From positions 695,927 to 759,926 of the forward strand of contig NZ_CP047901.1 of assembly GCF_009936135.1 (NCBI RefSeq): 64,000 bases of DNA, given 5' to 3'. This DNA comes from Candidatus Chazhemtobacterium aquaticus (lineage in GTDB: Bacteria > Patescibacteriota > Microgenomatia > UBA1400 > Chazhemtobacteraceae). A program made the position numbers and the translations under genes. Every line of letters starts with the position of its first letter. Within the stretch, counting starts at the first letter, position 1. Below are positions 58,038-64,000 of this stretch, piece after piece. A model generated the notes under the pieces. The model made no database searches. It saw nothing but the letters and a program-made list of their open reading frames with translations, and had not been told where the DNA came from.

Positions 58038-58826
58038 CTATCTACTCCAACCCATCGCCATCACATTAACCGCCTCCCATAGGTTTGCAACCACTCTTAC
58101 TCCATCGGGCAACTCAACCTCACCAACAGGGACACTCTTGGCATTTATCCAAAATATATTCTCACCAGGAACCCCTGCCTCAACAGCGGTTAAGACATCA
58201 GATCTTAAGCTATCACCCACAACCACCACCTCGTTTGGGCCAACACCCAAACTACTAAGCACACTCCCACACTCCTTTGGCTTATCAACATCTACCGCAT
58301 ACACCCCACCACTAAAAACCCGCTCCAACCCTAGATGCATCATCATCTTCCTTCCAGTCCAATCTGTGTCAGCGTGAGTCCAGGCTGCCACCCGAATACC
58401 CCTCAAGCCCTTCAAAACAGGCCAACTCATCTCCGCCTCAGCATAAAGTGGCAAGAAGTCATCAAATATCTCCAGTATTGAACCATATGCCATTGCCAAC
58501 GCCATCTTATCCTCCAGCCCATACCTTCTATACAAATCAGCCACCGCAGCTGGCATAATCAAAGGATTAACCTCCATCACCGACCGTCTCGCCAATATCG
58601 CTGACAGCAAATCATCAAACACCTGCTCAGTCTCCTTACCAGCCATCGGCGCAAATACTTGGGCTACCTCACTCATCCTTCTCTCATATACCTCACTAGT
58701 CCTAAACCAAACATCATCCAAGTCAGTGATCACCACCCCTGCACTACCCAACTGCTTCTCCAGGCTTTGCTCCAAGCCTAAACTCAAACCTTCCACCTTT
58801 ATCAAACCCTCGGTTTTCATTCCCAT
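58038..58826 (-). CDS. HAD-superfamily hydrolase
   Basis: VVVVGDSLRSDV motif IV; N-terminal DxD-type motif. Confidence 0.55.
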   Translation of the reverse strand: MGMKTEGLIKVEGLSLGLEQSLEKQLGSAGVVITDLDDVWFRTSEVYERRMSEVAQVFAPMAGKETEQVFDDLLSAILARRSVMEVNPLIMPAAVADLYRRYGLEDKMALAMAYGSILEIFDDFLPLYAEAEMSWPVLKGLRGIRVAAWTHADTDWTGRKMMMHLGLERVFSGGVYAVDVDKPKECGSVLSSLGVGPNEVVVVGDSLRSDVLTAVEAGVPGENIFWINAKSVPVGEVELPDGVRVVANLWEAVNVMAMGWSR

Positions 58827-58900
58827 AATTTACCAGAAAAAGGCATCCTTGTCTCCATGATCCACCCCAAACTAAAAAACTTACTCAAGCCTATATATCC

Positions 58901-59572
58901 CTACTCACCCAAAACTATCCTCGCAATTATCTCACCATCATCTTCCAACTCACCAGATATTGTGGCAATCTCCAGTTCATCCAACACATCGTCCATTAGT
59001 ACCTCAATCTTGTCCTCATAACCAGACCTAACATACAACTCATTACCCGGTACCGTCTCAGCATTACCCACACTAATCTCTTCATAACCCAACCCCTCAA
59101 AAGCAACCATAGTCTCCGCCGCCAATCCAGCCACCCCAGATCCATTCAATATCTCCAAGCTTATCTCATTTCTCTCAAGCTGCTCAGTCTCAGTAACCTC
59201 AATCTCATCCTCTACTACGGGCTCTTGAACTGTCTGCTCCTCACTTTCCATCTGATTTGCCGCCAACTCCTGTCTTCTCATCCATTCGCTTCGAACATAC
59301 ATCATCCAACCAGTTACTGACAAGATTAGTAAAGCAATCACAGCAATCATCAACATCCCCGAACCATTCTTCCCACTATCACTCACTCCACTCATAGCAG
59401 ACCCATTACTACCAGACATACCTACCACCTCACCGATAGGGGAGGTGTCCTCTTCTACTCCTTCATCCTTAGTCTTCTCATCATCTGCATTATCCTCATC
59501 CTTAACTACTTCCACCACCAACCTTCTTCCAGTCTCAAGTTCTTTTGTATCAGATTCCTTATCTTTCTTCAT
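58901..59572 (-). CDS. LytR_C-domain cell-envelope protein
   Basis: TM anchor and C-terminal ISLEILNGSGVAGLAAETMVAFEGLGYE LytR_C-like domain. Confidence 0.55.
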   Translation of the reverse strand: MKKDKESDTKELETGRRLVVEVVKDEDNADDEKTKDEGVEEDTSPIGEVVGMSGSNGSAMSGVSDSGKNGSGMLMIAVIALLILSVTGWMMYVRSEWMRRQELAANQMESEEQTVQEPVVEDEIEVTETEQLERNEISLEILNGSGVAGLAAETMVAFEGLGYEEISVGNAETVPGNELYVRSGYEDKIEVLMDDVLDELEIATISGELEDDGEIIARIVLGE

Positions 59573-60791
59573 ATATGACTAGATTAGCACACACCGCCTG
59601 CCATAACCACTTTATCGTCTCCATCCCTATCGTATTTATTTTTCCAACGACAAATATAAATATCCCATACAAATATATACACACCAATCACACATAATAC
59701 TCGTAATTAATACCAAAGTATCTATATTCAAGCAAATACAACTTGCCTATTTTCTATTATCAACCCAAATAACTACAATGATAAAAACCTAGAATAATAT
59801 ATTCACGATCCCTAAAAACTACCCAATCAAGCAATAAAATATTAATTATCTGCACGTCCCAAGCAGGGGAGAAAGCGTACATACCATCATCTAACATCCC
59901 TCATCCCCAAATAATCAATTATTAAATCATCATCAACATCAAACCGGCAGCAAGATCTCCCGATAAAATAGCCACAAAAACCTATAATATGAAAGTCTGC
60001 CACCTATTAAAATCACAAATACAGCTAAAAAAATAGCAAACAACCTATATAATTCCAACCGAAACTTGACAAACTATCAACCAAAGCCAGATCTAATCTG
60101 ATTAATCACACAAACAACATAACCATCACTCAATCATATATACAAACATTAACCAACAACTCAACTCAATCATAATCACAAAACTTTTTTAATTTACTGC
60201 CTTTCTACACGAGTAAACATAAGTTGTTCAAAATCCCGCCCAATATTCAAAAATCGAATTCTCATTCACTACAGCTATTCATCAACCAACTCACATCCGC
60301 GATTCAATAATCAAAAACCCAGGTCAACTCCCCTTATCTATCATCAAATCCCCAACTCCAGGCACAAAAACAGCAGATATTTGAGGCTGAAAACGCTTCT
60401 AGTGGCCCTAGAAACCTCTCTCATAAGAAACTCGAATATCAGGAAGGTCATTATTCCATACAAGATTGCAGTTTTCCCTCGTTTGTTATCTTCGTAACTC
60501 GAACCACCTTTATATTATGTCGCACAATGTTGTAAACCACTTATTGTCAGAAACAAATGTCCACTATCAACTAATACATCACCGACTCTTCATCAACTAT
60601 TGCCGTCTTAACCCAATCTAGGTTTACAATTAACACCTCCTTCCACCTACCCCAGCTCTACCAAGGCCCGTTATCTTAAGAAAATATTAATATACTCATT
60701 TATTTAATAATCACCTCTTAATCAAGACAAACATCACGGAGCCTACATCCACTAACTAGAGAAAAACCTCACTCTCTGCTAAAATACCAAC
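59573..60791. other. 1.2-kb ORF-free, A+C-rich, low-complexity noncoding region
   Basis: No ORF of 60 aa or more in any frame; strong C>G and A>T skew; CA-rich short repeats. Confidence 0.8.
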
Positions 60792-60965
60792 ATGGCCAAA
60801 AAAGGACCCCGACAACTAGCAGGTTTGCGATGTTCTGAATGCAAGAATTTCAACTACATCTCTGAACGCAACCGCACCAACACTCCAGACAAAATCGAAC
60901 TCAAGAAGTACTGTCCTCGTTGTCGTAAACACACCACCCACAAAGAAGTCTCCAAACTAAAGTAA
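60792..60965 (+). CDS. rpmG: 50S ribosomal protein L33 (57 aa; missed by the ORF track)
   Basis: [52 protein letters not shown]; followed by tRNA-Trp as in many bacteria. Confidence 0.85.
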   Translation: MAKKGPRQLAGLRCSECKNFNYISERNRTNTPDKIELKKYCPRCRKHTTHKEVSKLK

Positions 60966-61008
60966 ATTCATCCTCAAGACATTTTCACCCTTGTTAAGAT
61001 ACAATATA

Positions 61009-61079
61009 GACCTTAGTTAGGCCCGTAGTGAAACGGCATCACAACTCTCTCCAAAAGAGTTATTCCAGGTTCGAATCCT
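61009..61079 (+). tRNA. tRNA-Trp(CCA)
   Basis: Canonical cloverleaf; anticodon loop CUCCAAA. Confidence 0.85.
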
Positions 61080-61136
61080 GGCGGGCCTGCCCCAATACCT
61101 CTTCCCGAACTAATCTATCCCAAAACACCTCAAAAC

Positions 61137-61149
61137 CCTATAATCTTGA
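61137..61149. repeat. 13-bp direct repeat CCTATAATCTTGA (copy 1)
   Basis: Identical copy at 61563-61575; together they bracket the 61217-61483 cassette. Confidence 0.8.
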
Positions 61150-61216
61150 ATTATCTCCCTCTTTTGAGTAAAATATTACTCGCACACTTTTGTGCCAGTT
61201 CTAAAAGGAGAACATT

Positions 61217-61483
61217 ATGTACCTTTTGCGGCGCAATGAATTTGCCGACCTCCAACCTGGCGAGGAACTCCTCATCCAGGCTGGATGCCCCACCGCCAAC
61301 GGACCCCTGGCTGAAAACAAAACAGTGGTCGTAGCCGCTGTTGACGGCTTCTCCTTCCTCACCACCGAAGGAGATGGGTTCGGGGCCTGTCATTCTGAGG
61401 GTTTTGTCCTCAAGACCGGCAACACTCAGGAAGTCGCCTTGAGCGACAAAGCTCGTCAAATCCTGGACGAACTCGGCCTCTAA
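61217..61483 (+). CDS. hypothetical 88-aa protein (GC-rich cassette)
   Basis: AAAGGAG SD 6 nt upstream of the ATG; about 55% GC and G-rich; strong terminator downstream. Confidence 0.5.
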   Translation: MYLLRRNEFADLQPGEELLIQAGCPTANGPLAENKTVVVAAVDGFSFLTTEGDGFGACHSEGFVLKTGNTQEVALSDKARQILDELGL

Positions 61484-61503
61484 CCTTTCCCCTTCCCTAT
61501 TCA

Positions 61504-61540
61504 CTGGCTACCAGCCACAAAACTGGTGGCCAGTTTTTTA
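61504..61540 (+). terminator. rho-independent terminator
   Basis: 11-bp stem ctggctaccag/ctggtggccag followed by T6. Confidence 0.7.
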
Positions 61541-61562
61541 TATACACCCACCCCTTTTCTAA

Positions 61563-61575
61563 CCTATAATCTTGA
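61563..61575. repeat. 13-bp direct repeat CCTATAATCTTGA (copy 2)
   Basis: See copy 1. Confidence 0.8.
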
Positions 61576-61853
61576 CTTTCGTGCCTAAATTTGATACAAT
61601 TCCCCTATCGCATTTTTAACAGAAAGACGAAGACACGTGTCGCCTTCCACCCAATATCCCGTATACGAAGTAACTAAGTTTTATATCGACAAAGATGATA
61701 ACGAACATCTTGTCGGTGAAATCATCGTCGCAGTAACTTCTGACCAAGAGCAAAAACTAACGGGGCTTGAGGTCAAGGATTTTGTTCGATTCATTGGTTG
61801 GTCAAGACCAGGTCTGTAGCAAAAAGAGCAAGAACAGAAAGGAGTACAAAACA

Positions 61854-61970
61854 ATGGAGATATACGAGGTGGAAGAAACAAACAAAGTGGGGGGCGTGCT
61901 GATCGTCATCATGATCATCAGTGGTCTCTTCACCTGTTCGTGTGGCCTCCTGGCCGCACTCCTTCTCTAA
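61854..61970 (+). CDS. 38-aa single-TM peptide
   Basis: AAAGGAG SD 8 nt upstream; MEIYEVEETNKVGGVLIVIMIISGLFTCSCGLLAALLL; own terminator. Confidence 0.45.
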   Translation: MEIYEVEETNKVGGVLIVIMIISGLFTCSCGLLAALLL

Positions 61971-61989
61971 AGCTCTCTGTCCCTGCTTA

Positions 61990-62026
61990 GGCAGCGTTTC
62001 CTTAAACCAAGGGCGCTGCCTTTTTT
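61990..62026 (+). terminator. rho-independent terminator
   Basis: ggcagcg/cgctgcc stem followed by T6. Confidence 0.6.
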
Positions 62027-62046
62027 GGTCTGGTATAACATAAGGT

Positions 62047-63087
62047 ATGGTAAGTCACCCCCACACACCCAAGATACCCAAGTTTCCAGCGCTTAAAACC
62101 AAAGCTCTCGCCTGGCCAAAAAACTCAGCTGGACACCACCTCACTACCAAGGTTCCTCTAGCCACCAGTCAACAGACTCTATCCTCAATCCGATCATATC
62201 TCACCGACCACATTGATCAGTTTGACACCATCAACTACGTCTACATCATCACTGGTAGCCATCGACTTGTTGGCATTCTTTCTATTCGAGAACTTCTAAA
62301 ACACCCTCCCGAAACCAAGGTCTCTTCGATCATGACTAAATCAAATCTTCTCACTGCCAGGCCCGATACTCTCCCCAACCAACTTGCTCATCAAGCCATC
62401 AAAAACAGCATTAAAGCTGTCCCCGTCATTGATCAACATCGCACCCTCATCGGTGTCGTTCCCTCAGACCGTATCCAAACCATTCTTCAGCACGAAACTC
62501 AACAAAAATTGCTTAACCTGGCTGGTGTCTTACCTCAAGACATCTCCCATCTCTCTACGCTCGAAACCCCTCTTCTTAAATCCTTTATCTCCAGACTACC
62601 CTGGATCCTAGTTGGCCTGCTTGGTGGTCTCTTTGTCGCTCAAGTCATCAACTTCTTCTCCCCCACTTTAGAGCAAAACTTGATTCTTGCCGCTTTTATA
62701 CCCCTAGTCGCTTACCTTGCCAACGCAGTTGGCACCCAGACCCAAACACTCTTCATTCGTGACCTCATCTTGAACCACCAACTCAACTTTACTACCTACC
62801 TCCTCCGCCAAACCCTCATCTCCACCCTTATTGGCCTAACCTGCTTTGCCAGCATTACCCTCATCACTACCCTATTCTGGTCAGCCCCATTTCTAGGAAC
62901 CATCATCGGCATCTCGGTATTCACCTCAATTCTCATCGCCTCGTACTCTGCGCTGATCATCCCTCATCTAATCTCCCGACTTAACCATGACCCTGCCCTA
63001 GGCTCAGGGCCCTTTGCTACCATTATTCAAGACTTACTCAGTGTTATCGTCTACTTCCTCATCGCCAACCTTTTTCTTGCCAAGTAG
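62047..63087 (+). CDS. mgtE: magnesium transporter MgtE (CBS pair and MgtE TM domain)
   Basis: CBS region followed by five TM helices with a ..AVGTQTQTLFIRDL.. motif. Confidence 0.7.
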   Translation: MVSHPHTPKIPKFPALKTKALAWPKNSAGHHLTTKVPLATSQQTLSSIRSYLTDHIDQFDTINYVYIITGSHRLVGILSIRELLKHPPETKVSSIMTKSNLLTARPDTLPNQLAHQAIKNSIKAVPVIDQHRTLIGVVPSDRIQTILQHETQQKLLNLAGVLPQDISHLSTLETPLLKSFISRLPWILVGLLGGLFVAQVINFFSPTLEQNLILAAFIPLVAYLANAVGTQTQTLFIRDLILNHQLNFTTYLLRQTLISTLIGLTCFASITLITTLFWSAPFLGTIIGISVFTSILIASYSALIIPHLISRLNHDPALGSGPFATIIQDLLSVIVYFLIANLFLAK

Positions 63088-63109
63088 GTATAATCGAGGG
63101 TACTAAAAA

Positions 63110-64000
63110 ATGAAGCAACCAAACATCGTTACTTTTGGCGGCGGCACTGGCTCCCCTGTTATCATCAAAAGTCTGATTGAAGCTGGCTTTACCAACATCA
63201 AAGCCATCTCCTCCGCCACTGACTCCGGTGGCAAGACTGGTTCTATCCGCTCCGATGAGCGAGACCGTGTTATTGCCGTCTGCGACCTATTACGCAACCT
63301 ACTTGCCCTTATTCCCAATCATCGCCACACCAAACAACTTACTACCTTCACTGATCTCTTCTCCTACACCGATGGACGCAACCGCAATCTAGGTTACACC
63401 ATCTACTATGCTCTACTAGAAAAGTACAACAATGACTTTTTAAGTGTTCAAAAACATTTAGAACAACTTCTCTCCATCCGTTTTGCAGGTACCGCCATTC
63501 CCGTTACCTTATCCCCCGCCAATCTCCACTTCACTACTAACTCAGGTAAGCTTTTCTATGGCGAACACGAACTGGATCGTCAAAGTATGTCCAAAGACTC
63601 AGTCAAAAGCATCTGGCTTAAACCATCTGTTCCAGCTACCCCTCTAGCCCTTGAAGCAATCAGCTCAGCCGACTATCTTATCTACTCTCCCGGCAGCCTC
63701 TATGGTTCCATCATTGCCAATTTCCTCCCCACTGGCATTATCAAAGCTCTTCAGCAATCCTCTGCCCACAAAATCCTTATCACCAATCTTGTCTCCACCC
63801 GCAACGAAACCCACCGCTTCACTCCTCTAGATTACCTCCACCTCTTCCGTCTCTATACTCGCCTAGACCAACCTTTTGACACCATCATCACCCCATATCT
63901 CTCCACCAAAGAATTCAACCACCGTTATCCAAACATTGCTCACAGCTACGCCCAAGAACACTCTCACTTCCTAGGCTGGACCAAAGCTCAATCTAACAAA
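63110..64000 (+). CDS. YvcK/CofD-family (UPF0052) protein, 3' end outside window
   Basis: IVTFGGGTGSPVIIKSLIEAG N-terminal glycine-rich motif; frame open to the window end. Confidence 0.6.
   Translation, partial: MKQPNIVTFGGGTGSPVIIKSLIEAGFTNIKAISSATDSGGKTGSIRSDERDRVIAVCDLLRNLLALIPNHRHTKQLTTFTDLFSYTDGRNRNLGYTIYYALLEKYNNDFLSVQKHLEQLLSIRFAGTAIPVTLSPANLHFTTNSGKLFYGEHELDRQSMSKDSVKSIWLKPSVPATPLALEAISSADYLIYSPGSLYGSIIANFLPTGIIKALQQSSAHKILITNLVSTRNETHRFTPLDYLHLFRLYTRLDQPFDTIITPYLSTKEFNHRYPNIAHSYAQEHSHFLGWTKAQSNK

Noticed and set aside
61151-61504. 117-aa minus-strand ORF overlapping the 88-aa plus-strand ORF
   Set aside because: It has no Shine-Dalgarno site, while the plus-strand ORF has a consensus Shine-Dalgarno site and a strong downstream terminator.
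61637-61819. 60-aa GTG-initiated ORF downstream of the GC-rich cassette
   Set aside because: There is no Shine-Dalgarno site and no recognisable motif. It overlaps the Shine-Dalgarno site and start of the better-supported 38-aa peptide gene, and I left it unannotated.
61080-62046. secE and nusG expected downstream of rpmG and tRNA-Trp
   Set aside because: No SecE-like or NusG-like ORF is present (the 38-aa peptide lacks SecE motifs); mgtE follows instead, so the region is not annotated as secE.

Overview
This 64-kb window looks like a compact, gene-dense bacterial chromosome segment; a CPR-like small-genome bacterium is an inference from gene content, not something I can confirm. The plus strand is visibly C-rich and G-poor across the whole window, whichever way the genes point. 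Most of it is housekeeping: hisS, rpmE, prfA, htrA/ctpA proteases, rpsF-ssb-rpsR, ychF, ddl/murF, cysS, recR-ybaB-dnaX, ybeY-yqeY-rpsU, rseP, argS, frr-tsf-rpsB, folD, tmk/thyX/dcd, topA, dprA, a pbp2-mreD-mreC-mreB cluster, def-fmt, rpmB, rnhB, rpmG plus tRNA-Trp, mgtE, and seven tRNA genes, three of them atypical. An accessory block at about 8.9-17.5 kb holds an IS481-like transposase with a hicB-hicA pair, bracketed by a 91-bp duplicated gene end. The same block carries a large Cys-rich secreted protein with a thrombospondin-like WSxWS motif, an IS200-type tnpA with terminal hairpins, and a GC-rich foreign segment. It also contains a 3.1-kb insertion bracketed by a duplicated gene start that carries a GNAT acetyltransferase, an HDAC-family deacetylase and a decayed M42 peptidase pseudogene. 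The most unusual feature is a set of compositionally foreign single-gene cassettes, each with its own Shine-Dalgarno site and intrinsic terminator, dropped between conserved housekeeping genes. Two of them are bracketed by short direct repeats (8/9 bp and 13 bp). Other points are a 1.2-kb ORF-free A+C-rich region upstream of rpmG, a structured noncoding region next to the odd tRNAs, an inverted mreC, and several small Shine-Dalgarno-led peptide genes the ORF track missed. I found no CRISPR array, rRNA gene or reverse transcriptase.
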